A stretch of 64,000 nt of DNA from Oopsacas minuta (Eukaryota; Animalia; Porifera). The stretch spans positions 1 through 64,000 of the forward strand of contig JAKMXF010000327.1 of NCBI GenBank assembly GCA_024704765.1, read 5' to 3'. Below the pieces are notes generated by a model. It was not told the DNA's origin, did not search any database, and was given only the letters and a program-made list of their open reading frames with translations. Made by a program: the position numbers and the translations under genes. This document shows, piece by piece, positions 11,860 through 25,000 of the stretch (position 1 is the first letter of the stretch; the number at the start of each line of letters is the position of its first letter).

Positions 11860-13520
11860 ACTTTATGGTGTTAATGGGGCTTATATGGCTCAATTTTAGC
11901 AAATATAATGTGAAATCGGAATATAAATGGAGATATAGGAACATAAAGGCTATTATCGGGATATATTAAGTGCTATCGGGACATACGGGGCTAACGTGAC
12001 ATTAATGTTGCTATTGAGACAATTAAGGTACTATCTGGAAGTATTACTTCCGATTGAGACATCTAAAGTGCTTAGGGTACATTACTCAGGCGATGATAAC
12101 ATTGTGGCATTAGCGAGAATTATCTGGTGCTTTGTTTGTGAAACAGAACTTGTAACCTGAAAAATTACGTTAGATAGGTTCATATTAGAAGATATTGAGG
12201 CATATAAGGTGCATCTGAACATATTAAGTGCTATTGGGACACTTAAAGTGCTAATGTCACATTAATGGTGCGATTGTGACATTATGGTGCTAATGGGACA
12301 TAGATGATGGTGGCTCTGGGAATTATAAGGTGTCAAACGTTGTTATGAGGCATATTACATAGGGTAGGACATAGTAGTACAACTAAATTGAAATTAATGC
12401 TGCTATTAAGACACAATGGTGCTAACGGGACTTGCATCGCGCATCGTTTTGGAAATTATAAGGTGATGTCGGGACGATTAATTGTGAATGATATTTTTAT
12501 CATGCTTGGTTTGGGAAATATATTGTCCTATCAGAACACATATGTGTATTATGCCATTGTGGCATTATTGAGGTAAAGAGGCACACAGTGCGCTTCGTTA
12601 CTTTGAAATATAAGTGCTATGGGTACATATAAGATGTCATCGGGAAATCTAAGGTTATAATGATCAATAATTGTGCTATTGGGACATCTACGGTGATATC
12701 GATGTGCTATAGGGGAATATTAAATGCTATTGACTCATATAAGGTGCTAATGGGAGATTTACATGTCCCAATGGACCATGTATATTGCGCTGGCGCCTTA
12801 GATTGAAAAATGCACCATTACTGTCCAGTTGAATCATTATTTGTTCTAATAGAATTCATATTTCCCGATATCACATTATATGTCCCAATAGCTCCATTTG
12901 TGTCGGATAGAACCTTATATTTCAGACAAAACGACATACCCTATAAGGCTTGATAGTACCATAACTTCACAATAGCACCACCAATGTCCCGTTGGTTACC
13001 TAAATTTTCGATGATAGCTGATATGTACCAATAGCACCATATATTGTATAGAAACGAAGAGCCATGTATAGGACATATATGGTGCTATCTGAACATAATA
13101 TGTGTTATTGGGACCTAAAGATGCTAGCGGGACATTTGACGAACAAATTGGACATAGGTGTAAGGTGGTAACGGTACATTAATGGTGCAATTGTTATATC
13201 TAAGGTGCTAAGGGGACAGTGTTGGTGCTATTGTCACATTTATGGTGCATCTTGGAGTTATAAGGTGTTTATTTAGGAAATATAAGGTACTCTAAGGACA
13301 TACAATGTTTAGGTGGACAATACAGGTGCTATTGTGATAACTAAATTTCTAACGTGACTTAAATTGTCTCCCATAGGAAATATATGGAGCTATTGGAACA
13401 TATTATGCAATAGGGAGATATAAGTTGCTAGCGGGACAGTATTGGTACTATTTTGACATTATGTTGCTAACTGGACTTATTTGATGCTTTGCCTTACGAG
13501 GTATATGATGCTCTCTGAAA
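11860..13520. repeat. Largest block of the degenerate 20-bp array (+ 11860-12770, - 12780-13050, + 13060-13520)
   Basis: GGTG cores fall at exact 20-bp spacing (13164, 13184, 13204, 13224, 13244, 13264). Confidence 0.8.
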
Positions 13521-13714
13521 TTACAAGGGCATTCAATATATACTAATCACTGTATATTTTTAATGAAATAGCAGTTCTAAGCTAGTATTTCTCAGTGCAA
13601 TTATATAGAACCATATTTCAACTTTCTAACAAAACTTAGAGAGAGTTGATCACTTAATTATTTCCTAAGTTTCAGTTATTTTTAGAAACCTACATTTTCT
13701 CCTTTACATTTTTC

Positions 13715-13854
13715 ATGGCTTCTTGTCCAAATTTTTCGGAACTTGAACAACGAACGTACATCAAATTTCGCACCATTCTCGAAATCCCTCCAAAGTCTAT
13801 TCATGACGAGTTGGCAACGATATGTGGAGAAGATACTTTATCGTATTCAACTGT
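13715..13854 (+). pseudogene. N-terminal fragment of a mariner transposase, cut by the contig join at 13855
   Basis: MASCPNFSELEQRTYIKFRTILEIPPKSIHDEL..LSYSTV is a mariner HTH, similar to the N-terminus of the copy at ~32976. Confidence 0.75.
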
Positions 13855-13855
13855 N

Positions 13856-13947
13856 GTTCAAACTCCAGTAACCGAAGATTCTACTGAAAGTAATGAAAAT
13901 TGTTGAAGTTATAACCTAATGGAAATTTTTAACCAAAATACCCCACT
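13856..13947. repeat. ~92-bp repeat, inverted copy at 21925-22016
   Basis: GTTCAAACTCCAGTAACCGAAG...AAAATACCCCACT is the reverse complement of 21925-22016. Both copies sit next to contig joins. Confidence 0.85.
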
Positions 13948-14760
13948 AGTGTCCTATACATTATACACAATGATCTTTGGTCTTTGTTCGGAATGATTGA
14001 GGCACTAGTAAGAGATATACACTTGAAATTTGCCAGGGGGTGGGGAATGGCGTTTCTAGAAACGTGTTTATTATCCAATGAAAATATTCCCTCCTCACAT
14101 AGTTCATACTTTGTGTTTTGTGACATGCAAAAAAATCCAATATTTCAAACAGGTTTTTAGAATCATACTTATAAAGGCTATAATGGTGTAATCGAGTATG
14201 AAATTTATCACCACTATCTAGATGAAAGTTTTGATGAATTTCTGCCTTATTTGAGTCACAACAAATTTGGATACTTAGTTTCTCGAAAACATTTGTAATT
14301 CAAATCTTTTGACAAAATACACGAAAAATGTCATGAAAAGAATATGCGCTTAGGCAATTATTCAGAGGAATACGGTAATCTATTATTGATGGCAGAAGCT
14401 TTTAACGGTTTTGCACATTGGGATAGGACTCAATTACATTACAAATTTATTATGGTTATGTTTAGCAATCTATAACCTTAATATTCTACGATCAGCATTC
14501 AAATTAAATATATAATTTGTATGTACAATACATATAAATATCAACAACCAATTTCCAATAAAGCTTTCAATAATAAAATTTACAGGTTCCACAGTTATTG
14601 TACTGACCATGGATGACGCATTTCTGCAAATATTCACCTATAACTGACAACATTAAATGTCATGGCCAATCATCTTGCAAATATATGGAATATACCCCGA
14701 CTTTTCACCCCCTTGATAATACTGTTTGATATCATGATATCTCTGACAATTATGATGCTA

Positions 14761-15390
14761 CAGTACACTCCCGCTTACCGGGACATCTTCCCGGAAAATT
14801 GGTTCCATCCCACACAGATGCCTCCCTCGTACCGGGACGAATCTCGCTTACCGAGACACCAAATGATCCTAGATTTTTGGTATGTACTGATCTCTGTTTT
14901 AGTGTTTCTCTTTCATGGCCCATAAGTCGCAACCCAAGTACGCTCTGCTGACGTGTGACCGGCGCAAGGCAGTTCTAGACATGCTGGAGCAGCCTGGCAG
15001 TAGTCTTCGCAAGGTGGCTGAGCACTTCGAGTGGGTAAGAGCTCTATTGAGAGGATAAAAAAGAAGAATGAAGTGCGGCAGGCTGCAGTAAAGCTTGGCT
15101 CCAAACGCAAGTGCGTGAAGGTGGAAGCTAAGTACAAAGAAATCGAGGAGGTGGTGTTGGAATTTCTAAGACTGGCGCGTGAACAAGATAAGACGGTCAC
15201 GGTCCTATGCTACACCAATTTGCTGAAAAGGAGGCTCGCGAGCTCGGACTAGAGGATTTCAAAGCCTCTGAAGGATGGCTATCTCGCCTGAAAGACAAGC
15301 ACGGGATCTTGGCTAAGGCTGTTTCTGGAGAAGCCAAAAGTGTCAATGTTCTCACTGTGGAGAACTGGAAGGAGGAGTTTGGGGAGATAA
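14761..15390 (+). mobile_element. 5' part of a pogo/Tigger element with frameshifted CENP-B-type HTH transposase
   Basis: TA|CAGTACACTCCCGCTTACCGGGAC left end. Translation includes YKEIEEVVLEFLRLARE / FKASEGWLSRLKDKHGI (frameshift at ~15205). Confidence 0.8.
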
Positions 15391-15555
15391 CACAGCCCTG
15401 CGGGAAAAAAAATTTTATTTGCTGATTGTTATTGCAAAACATTTTCTAATCCACATTTTAATACTGATTTTGAATAATTTTGTAAAATATACGTATCACG
15501 TCTAGTTTTTTTGCAAAATTATTATTAAATATTGGTATATTTATCGATGAATGCA
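15391..15555 (-). mobile_element. Right end of a second Chapaev3 copy inserted into the pogo transposase
   Basis: Reverse complement of 32113-32277 with 3 mismatches in 165 bp. Flanked by TAA (TWA target) and truncated by the N at 15556. Confidence 0.9.
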
Positions 15556-15556
15556 N

Positions 15557-15652
15557 TATGTATTAATTATATATAGAGAATCAATAATGTAGGTCATGCT
15601 GAATAAATATTCTAGACAAAATGGTTTGTATCAGAACTTTGGAGCCACCCTG
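15557..15652. mobile_element. Terminal fragment of a third CAGGGTG-ended Tc1/mariner element
   Basis: Ends CAGAACTTTGGAGCCACCCTG|TA. The reverse complement CAGGGTGGCTCCAAAGTTCTG resembles the maT TIR. Confidence 0.55.
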
Positions 15653-16945
15653 TATATAGTTAGATGAGATACAGAAATATATAAGTTTTTATCACATTAA
15701 GAGGCGTAACATTTTGATATTATACAAAACAGTGTGGCGCGAATTGATCAGTGTATTTTGATGGAATCTAACTTTCAAACGAGTGTGCATAAGAGCGAGA
15801 CAATTTCTGGTATCCATGGGATATTGTTCCTAGTATATGCCCAGACAGAAGGGTCCAAAGCCGAAAGTCTGGGCAACCTTATGTAGAACCTGTAAACTGT
15901 AATTGAAGAATACTAGGCAATCTTGAAAAATGACAATATTTTGGGCATCATAAGATTGATACGATATACCATATTAAACGAATTACAATAGCATTGGTCA
16001 GGTGACTTCGCGTCAAAATTGAGACCCGCTGGAGAAAAGGAGCAAGATTTGCATACCTAATCTAGATCACCTTTGCATCACGTTTTTCCGCTGCTCACGT
16101 CGATAGGATACATTTTCGATCCCAAATTTTCCTTTTTAAATTGCGGGCGTCTGCTAATTCGTAGATACATCCCATGGGTCAACATTCGTATTCAACGTAA
16201 AATTTAGATCTCTTAGCCCTAGCAACGCAGGAAAGTAAAAACATTCCATTCTCAAATTTGTTTAACACCTCGAGTGACCCCTTGTTCGAGGCCGTTAGGC
16301 GAGTTGAGTCGAGTTTGCCCTCATCAACCAAGGCTCTAAATGTTCTTTGAACAAAAGTTGACTAGATTGGCCTCCTCGGTTGCTCACTTTTCTTGATATT
16401 TCTTACATAAATTTTCATCTATAAAGGATGATATCGTCAGTTTTGTAATAATACGTAGATATACATTGATACATTACCCTATTGTTTAGCTCACGGTATC
16501 TGGCCCAAATATTGATACTAAAATGTCTCGAGAAAAATTGTTTTTTTGAATTGAGATATTACTTACATCTTATGATAAATACTAGAAAAGAAATCTTGTG
16601 TATCCTTTTGGGGTAATCAACTAACTCTATGTATCCCTTTGGGGCAATCAGAAGACATAAATACGCTAATTTTACAGGAAAGCGAAGTTGAGAGTACGTG
16701 TATGCAATAAGTCCGTGAAGTTATATAGTTTTACATATACAAGGTATACATGACGATGTAAGTAAATTAAAGTTGCAGATAAGACAGCAACAAAATTCAG
16801 ATTTACAAATTTTACCAAAATAAAAATGTCAAGTGAAATTACTGAATGAAAATTTACTACAGAAGTAGCCTGGTCTAGTCCTAATATTTTTTTGGAGAAA
16901 ATAATTGGAATGTAATGTAGATAATGAAACAAATTTATCAATTAA

Positions 16946-18436
16946 TTAACTATCAAACTCTTCTACTTCATGTAACAAACTGATTAATAAAAAAGCGTCC
17001 ATCGTGGCCTCACTTTCTTGTACATATTGCTCAAGCCGTAGTTGGTCTGTGATTTCAGTAGCAACTTCGAAGAGTGGAGTGAGCAGTGATAAAATTTCTC
17101 CAAATCTGCCAACACAATTGCAAGTTGCCAAAAACAATTGTTCAAAACGAACACGTCGCATTGCTCGAACAAGCTGTTTACATTCTAAACCAGTCGAGTC
17201 TGCATTGTATAGAATTATTTCCTTCATTATCCTGTATTCGCATCTGTTTAGGTTAAGGAATCTTAAAGGAACGACTAACTTTTCTATAGTTAGCTTTGTT
17301 ACACATGCAACAGCACTTGTAGGATGGTAAGGTTTAATAATTTTATCAATATGATTAAAGTACAATGCATTATCATAATGGATTGATGCCCTCGCAAAGC
17401 CCAACATGACAAGTTCAACAACCGTATAGCGTAATAATGACTTTTGATCATTTTGGGAAAGTTTACAAAATTCTAGTGACTTTTTAGACCACTTAAACAA
17501 ATCAAGAATTCGAGATTTTAAACTATCCAAAACTTCTTCAATGGAAGCAGTTTCGTATTGATTACTAGAAAGCAGATCTTCAGAAATTTTAGGAATAATA
17601 TCAGAGCTCTGATCATAGATATTATGAGGTTTAGGGTTCTTTAGATATGACTCAGTAGAATAATGAATATTCTTTTGAAGTGGAGATTGAAATATACATT
17701 TGTCAATATCTTGGAGTGTGCTAAATGTAGTCTTCAGAAAACCTTCTGTTATAGAATGTTGTTTAGAAGGTTCAATACATGCTATCTGACCATGAATTGA
17801 TTCGCTCAGTAAATTATTGTGATATGCTTTGCTACTGTCACAATCAATCGAAATTGATTTGATCGGATCTCTACTAGGGTAGATATTTTGTTTAACAAAA
17901 ATATTGTTCCTATAAGAATCATATGATTCGTCATAAGATAACAAAATTTGATCATTATTTGGTGAAACTACTGAATCATTTTGGAAAGAACAATCTGTAA
18001 CTATATTCGTTGTTTTGTGTGCTAAGGCATTCGGTGTTTTCCCAATTTCTATATCAATATTACCAGATTGTAAACCCTTCGGAAATATGTATTTGTCATT
18101 ATATATTGAATTAGGTTCAAATAACAAAGTTTGAGATTTTTTTGAGTGTTTAAGTCGGACAGCATCTTTCTTCATCCCAACTTGGATGCATTTCCTCAAT
18201 CTACATGCTTTACAAAATTGCCGACTAACTTTATGTGATACAATGCATTTATGAAAAAATTTGCAAGAGAAAATCTTGTTCAATTGAATAGATCGCCGGA
18301 AGAAACATTTGCAAGCTTCACAACAATATACATTGTAATGCATTCGGAATGAACTACCAGGAATAGATTCCTCTTCACAAACAGAACAAATGTGCGAACG
18401 AGTGTGAGGATTGTTATTCTTGAAAGATTGGTCCAT
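16946..18436 (-). CDS. Intronless nuclear hormone receptor (NR2/HNF4-RXR-like), 496 aa
   Basis: C4 zinc fingers CSVC...CEACKCFFRRS...CKACRLRKCIQVGM. LBD signature LFKWSKKSLEFCKLSQNDQKSLL, then GRFGEILSLL and a C-terminal AF2-like LLISLL. Confidence 0.92.
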   Translation of the reverse strand: MDQSFKNNNPHTRSHICSVCEEESIPGSSFRMHYNVYCCEACKCFFRRSIQLNKIFSCKFFHKCIVSHKVSRQFCKACRLRKCIQVGMKKDAVRLKHSKKSQTLLFEPNSIYNDKYIFPKGLQSGNIDIEIGKTPNALAHKTTNIVTDCSFQNDSVVSPNNDQILLSYDESYDSYRNNIFVKQNIYPSRDPIKSISIDCDSSKAYHNNLLSESIHGQIACIEPSKQHSITEGFLKTTFSTLQDIDKCIFQSPLQKNIHYSTESYLKNPKPHNIYDQSSDIIPKISEDLLSSNQYETASIEEVLDSLKSRILDLFKWSKKSLEFCKLSQNDQKSLLRYTVVELVMLGFARASIHYDNALYFNHIDKIIKPYHPTSAVACVTKLTIEKLVVPLRFLNLNRCEYRIMKEIILYNADSTGLECKQLVRAMRRVRFEQLFLATCNCVGRFGEILSLLTPLFEVATEITDQLRLEQYVQESEATMDAFLLISLLHEVEEFDS

Positions 18437-21400
18437 ATATCCTAGAAGAAATTTAAAAAGTATACGAGTAATTATAATGATGAAGAGTAGCTATAATAGT
18501 ATTGTCAACCATTTTGTATGCTAAAATATTTCAGGAATATAAGAAAATATGTGTCTAGAAAGTAATTATCAGCGAAAACAGCCATTCCTTTATATAAGCC
18601 CTGTAGAACGATAAATATTGCATATTTCATCTCAAAGTGAACAAAAGAAATGATCTATAGATGGTTCATACAAATTAACAAAAAACTTCATGAGATACAG
18701 GAGGGACCAGGGATGACAAATTTTCAGAAAATCCACTTATAATTGGATAATAGACAGCGATTATTTAGTACATCTACTACTTCCAGACTCGGTAATCAGT
18801 ATGTACTACATAATAGGTAGCTTTATTTAACAAAAATTTTAGCGATTGTCGAGTTAGAAGTGGATTATCAGGAAAATATGTCATCCTTGGTTGCTCCTGT
18901 AACTCAAAAACGGGTCAACTTTTTGTACGCCAATTTTTTAATATCGTGTATGAAACTATCTATAAATCATTTCTTACCTTCACTTTTAAATGAAAATATG
19001 CAATATTTGACGTTCTACAGGGCAGAGAAGAATGACATATTCTGACAAATAATTGCTTACAAAATATGTGTTTAACATATAATGTTACATTCCTGAAAGG
19101 TTTAGAATAAAATGATTAATAATTAGTAACTCTAAAAATAGCAATACATTTATTCGGATAGATTAGGACCGTTAATGCAAATAGAAATCACATAGAATTT
19201 GTTACAACGAGTAATGCATCCTAGTCCAAAATTCAGTTCCAGTTTCAGTAACACTTAGATTAGAAATTAAGTTTGCTAGTGTTTTTAGAATTCTCCATAT
19301 CTAAATACATAAGTATAACAGTTCAGAAAGAAGTTTAAAATATACTTTTTTGAGTTATTCGAGTTTACTGTGAAGTAGTCATTTCAACATTTTGAAAATT
19401 TTTAATCAAATAGTAAAAAATAGAATTTGTAACATCATAAGTCATAAAACACATGACCAATTGTTCTGAAATTTTCACAGAAGTAAATACATGTTAGCTT
19501 GCTCTACAGAAAATTTCATACAATTTAGTTGATAGTGTTGAAATGGCTGGTTGACTTGACATGGAATTCCACTATAACAAAACTACATTATATTATGAAG
19601 TAAGCAATATTATACCAAATGATGTAGCATAACCACTTTATCCACATCTCAAATGTCATTTTATTCTACTTTTATCGGTATCTGTTATTCTAAAATTTGG
19701 TCAAACGGGTGACTTCGCATTGATTTAACAAAGAAATGTGACATATTGCTGGGGTTGGACCTAATGGTGACTTGCACAGACATAATTCAAAATTTATGTT
19801 AGTGTCTCGTGTTATGGGCGATGCCATTTATAGCCAATAATTTCTTTATTCTGCCCACTAAAAGATCGGCCTATAAAATACATATTCTTGAATGGTAGAA
19901 AGTAAAACCTAGTGTTGTAAATTTATGTGGAAGTATTTTAGCCCAATAGAACAAATGGGACACAGCGAAACAGATATCATTGAAGACACAACATAGTGAC
20001 CTCAGCTTTCGGACAAGAATTTGTTGGAGGACGGCACCATTAAATATCTATTTACGATATACTATATACTGTAAATACTTTAAAGAGTGCATTGAATCGA
20101 TACCATAATTATACTCTACAATTACCCAGTCTATATATTTCAGGAATGTTTAGGGAGTTGCTAGGAAGCATGTTGTTGAGTCTAAACAATTGTATTGGAG
20201 ACCCAGCTGGAAAAAGCTTTCCCCCTATGAATAAGCGTCCTCAATATATCATTAACATCTCCCGATTATAGGTTTAGATAGTAGTTACTCTAATCATGCA
20301 CTTACTACATATGTATTTTCATCCATTATATTTGAAATCTGAGTAATATTTTCGAGGTAGTCATTATAATCGTGCCCGCTATCCGAAGCCAATGTCCAAT
20401 GCGACTCCATGCCCTCACAAATCCAAGAATTCATTTCGTAACTGTCGAAGCCTAACATGCTCCAGTATAGTAATAAGTCTAAAATTTGTAGAGACTATTT
20501 CTTGAAATATCACTGAGTAATAAACTGTCGCTGATATAGGCTCAATATTTCAGTAGATATTTCAATTAACATATTACATGGATGAATATATGAATTCAGA
20601 GAGGACGGCTATTCACAAAAGTAATCTTCCATACCATCCTGTATACAATATATACAGTACAGCAAATAATAAATGCCAAAAAGTTCAAATATTTACAGTA
20701 CAGAACCATTCCAATTATACAAGAGATCGAAAATTAACTAAGAAATAATACTTTGAAAGGTGAAAAGACTGAGAATCTTAAGTATTAAAGTTGGTATAGA
20801 ACTCATCATATAGAAGAGTTTTGAAAAGTTTAAAGGATTTGGTGCTTAAGAAGTGAGATATAAAGTGTTGCACCATCATAAGCAAATGATTTTTGAATAC
20901 GGAAATCATTACTTTGGGGAAATAAAATAGCTTGTGTTTAGAAGAACTTGTTGTCATCAAATGAATGTGTATTGAGGAAGTGTAGCAGAACATATTCGTG
21001 ATATATTTCGGGGCAAATCATGAACTGCTTTGAATATTATCAAACATTATCCATATCATCTGATTACAATTACGCGATTTCGCGACGATCAACATCACGA
21101 TTAAGGCTAGAGTTAATAGTTTCGAAACAACGATCTGAAGTAGTATTGTACCGTCGTCGGCTTATAAGGCCTTCTTAGATTGAGAAATTGAAAAAATAAA
21201 TCATTAGTAAAGATTGTAAGGAGCAATGGACCTAATATAGACCCTCTAGGAAGACCACTTTGAATGTTATGGATATGCGAAAGAGATTCGTAAAAAACAC
21301 ACCGTGCTATCAGTTATAAAGCTAGTGAAACAATCAAGAGACCTGGGAGACAATTGATATAGTATCAAGTTACCACTTAAGAAGAGATGATTAACAAGGT

Positions 21401-22055
21401 CAAATGCCTTCGTAAATTCAAAACTACAAGACAGACTATTTCTTCATTATTTAGGGGAATATACAAATCATGTGATTCTATTAATAAAGTTGTTCTTTGC
21501 AGTTATGTTTCTTACGAAATTCTGATTGGTCTGGAGAAAATAATAAATATGTCTTGATACAATGAGTTAGACAGACGCCTCTCAAAATTTTTCGATATCA
21601 CAGGGAGCGGCGAGAGAGGTCTAAAATTAGAACTGTGCATATCTCCAGCTTTGTGGAGACAAATGACGTTGGTCATTTGCAGAGAGAAGGGTGTTTACCA
21701 ATTTCATGCAGGTGGTAATGATCTTTGGAAATTGATGACAAATGATGGGAGCAGAAAGCTATAGATTACTTTCAGCAATCCCGTCTAATACAACAACCTA
21801 TTGTCGTAATTTCTGCAGTTACTTCAATACAATCGAGAAGTTGACATGAATAATTTCAAAATAGACATGATGGGGGTTGCTAATATATATAAAGTTTGTA
21901 AACAGATGGATCTAGGATAGATACAGTGGGGTATTTTGGTTAAAAATTTCCATTAGGTTATAACTTCAACAATTTTCATTACTTTCAGTAGAATCTTCGG
22001 TTACTGGAGTTTGAACTAAAGACAGTTATTTTGGCATGTCAGATTTTGAGAAGGN

Positions 22056-25000
22056 GCTTTAATGAATATCCGTCAAGGATCTCAGCAAGCCTCGATTTCT
22101 CAGTGGAGCAAGATATAGAGATTGGTTTGTCCTGGAAATTAGGATGTCCTAATTCTGCAAGTTGAGTTAAGAATTCAAACATCTTTCTTATCTTATCGTG
22201 GAAGTATTGGAAATCTGATATACAGTTAACACGTTGCTCTGATAGTTTGCTCTGCTCCAAGAATCTTAGCTTCCTAACAAACTCATCTATCTTATCTGTG
22301 TTCATACGTTCATCTATTCTATTGTGGATAGGAGAGGGTGGTGCTAGTTTGTTAGTGGAATGTATAGGAGATTCTGGAGGTAGGACAAGACTGTCTCTCT
22401 TAATATTACGCATAGCAGCAGTATTAGTAGAAGCTGAGTACTTGAGGAGAATTGAAGCAACCAGCTTCTTGTGAATAAGAGGTGTAGTATTTGGTAAACT
22501 AGGCATTGTTCCAAATTCCAGTTGGTTGTCTACGTTGCCAAGCAAAATCTCATAAACTCCAGTATCTAGGATATCCTGTAGCTGTTGAGACACATTTTCA
22601 GTAGTATCACTTTCTGCAATTATAAACCAACGACGAATAAGTGTAATGTTGTTATTAACTGTTCTCAACTGTGAGTAACCTGTCTCAGATCCAATTGTCA
22701 TCTGTGAGTACTGTTTAAGGAACTCTTTGAGTGTTTGGTCCGGTGAGAATAGAGGCATCATATAGCTGTATGCAATAGACATGTGAGTTAATACAGTGTC
22801 GTCATAATCTTCATCCTGTCTCTCAGAGGTAATCAGGTTCATTTGAATATCAAAACTTTCTCTGTTGTTAAACAGATTTTTGTCTAGTAAGAATTTGTAG
22901 AACTCAGCACTATCTGCGAGAATAGGAAACAGCTGATATCTCTGTATAGGCATATCATTAGTGACGTCATTGACCTGAGCTAATAAGGTGGTTGCTTCTG
23001 TAATGGTTAGTTTGTTACGATTATCTGGATCAGATAGTTTTCTGTATATATCTTCCAATTGACTAAACTCAGCACTAGCAATACAACTGGTCAGTTTATA
23101 CTGCTTACATACATCTGTAATGTGAATTAGATAATCAGAAATGTGAATTAGATACTCAGAAATCTTGAGTAATTGAAAGAGATTCATTACTCCCAGATCT
23201 CCCTGAATCCGGTCAGCGAGGGGTGGGAATAACTTTATGTCAATCTGAATCTGTCCGAAATTTAGAGATTTTACAGTGAGGCGTTCGTTGATTTGCTCAA
23301 TTTCAGAATAAGTTGATACACCCTCACAGATCCTGTTGAGTGTCTGATAACAATCAAATGAGCATTCTACGAACTCACTCATTGAGAGGAAATTCCTATT
23401 TTGTTGTTGTTTCAATTTCTGTACCATACACTTTCTGAGGCAGGCATCAAACAAGACATTCTCTCTTAGACTGAAGTGAGCTAGAAAATTATGAACTGTA
23501 TAATCAGATCCTTCAAAAATTGGAGAAGTAAACATTTTAAAGTTATCTACAATATAAGCACAGCGTGTTTTGAATTCATTCAGTTTGATTGTGTCTTTAG
23601 CTTCGATAATTGGGGCAGAGATGGGTTGTTCAGTTTTGCCAAGGATCTGTTCATAATAAATCTTCAATAATGAATCAATTTCTATTCGAATTCTTTCAGG
23701 GACTTCGATTTGCTGATCGTTCAAGAATTCTAAAATGAAGCAAGATTTGCTTTTAGCATTCTCAACCTCTAGTTGCAGAAATAGAGTTGTTGTCAAACCT
23801 CTAGCTTTTTCAGTGAAATAATGAATTTTGGTTTGTAGTTCTTCTTTACCTAAAATGGGTAATTGGCAGTAATTAAACAGCTGATTTAGATTCTGAAGAT
23901 TATTCAATATTTCTGTATACTCAATGAGACTACAGTCTTCATTCAAAATGCTCTGATAATATTTGGAAATAAGAACCTCACTTTTCTTGCAGAACTCAAT
24001 ATAAGACACTAAATTATTATCTTTCCAAGCGTAGCCTTGAAACCCAGGAACAGTTTCTTCGTATTTACTAAATACAAATAATAATGTTATAACCATATAA
24101 GGAAAATCTGACCAGACTAATTTCTCAAATTTGATTTTTTTACAAATTAAAGCCAGAATTTTCCAAAGATAATAATGCTCGTAGGAAATCTTTAATTGCT
24201 CAAAAGTAGTATAATTCTTCTGATAAGCTAAAGTTTGTAATGAGATAATTAAGTGCTTACAATAGCCTTCTCTACTGGAGTGAGAGAGCAGAGAAGAATC
24301 TGGTACAATAGCTCTGATTATAGATTCCATTATAATGGCTTGTAATAGAGAAGGTAATCTGAACTTGGGAATATAATTCAGTATTTGGAATAGATTTTCA
24401 TGTAATTTATACCAGAATTCATTTCTAGACCCGAATTCAATCTTAGTTATAAAATCAGAAATCATTTCATCTTCATTAGTTGGTTTATATTCTAATCCAT
24501 AAGACGGTAAATCAATCGCTAAACAATCAAAGATAAATTCAAGTCCTAGTTTACGATTTAAATATTGTTCGAATATCTTCTTAAGTGATGAGAAAATTGA
24601 TTTGGGAGGATCTTTGCCTTTGAAAACAGTAACTAATAGATCTTGCCAAATGGGATCCTTGATAGAAACACTATTAGAAGGTTGGTATTTTGTGAAATAA
24701 TCATAAACGGTTTTAGAAAGGACTGCAATCTGGGAATTTCTTTAGAATTTCATGAAAAGTTTCAAGTCTATTTGATTAAACTTACTCTTTATCATAGTAA
24801 CAACTTCCTTCTTGTGTTCTTTAATCCATGGTTTAACTAATTCTTCAGGTTCAGATGGTATTTTTACTGTGTCATAGAAACATCTTAGAACAATAGAAAA
24901 ATCTTCAGGATGGTGTGTTTCATAAAGATAGAAACAAACTACATTATAGAGCAGGAGATGGGAAATGTCAAACCAGTGTTTTTTAAATAATTCACATTGA

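Noticed and set aside
11860-13520. 20-bp array as decayed collagen (GGT GCT ATT GGG ACA = G-A-I-G-T) or as a CRISPR array
   Set aside because: The 20-bp period breaks frame and stops are frequent. There are no conserved repeats with unique spacers, no cas genes, and the context is eukaryotic.
16100-16400. Minus-strand peptide TFRALVDEGKL..NKGSL resembling the pre-RT region of some non-LTR retrotransposons
   Set aside because: No RT motifs are detectable and the similarity is too weak.
21600-21770. 55-codon plus-strand open stretch (ITGSGERGLKLELC..)
   Set aside because: No start codon, homology or splice support.
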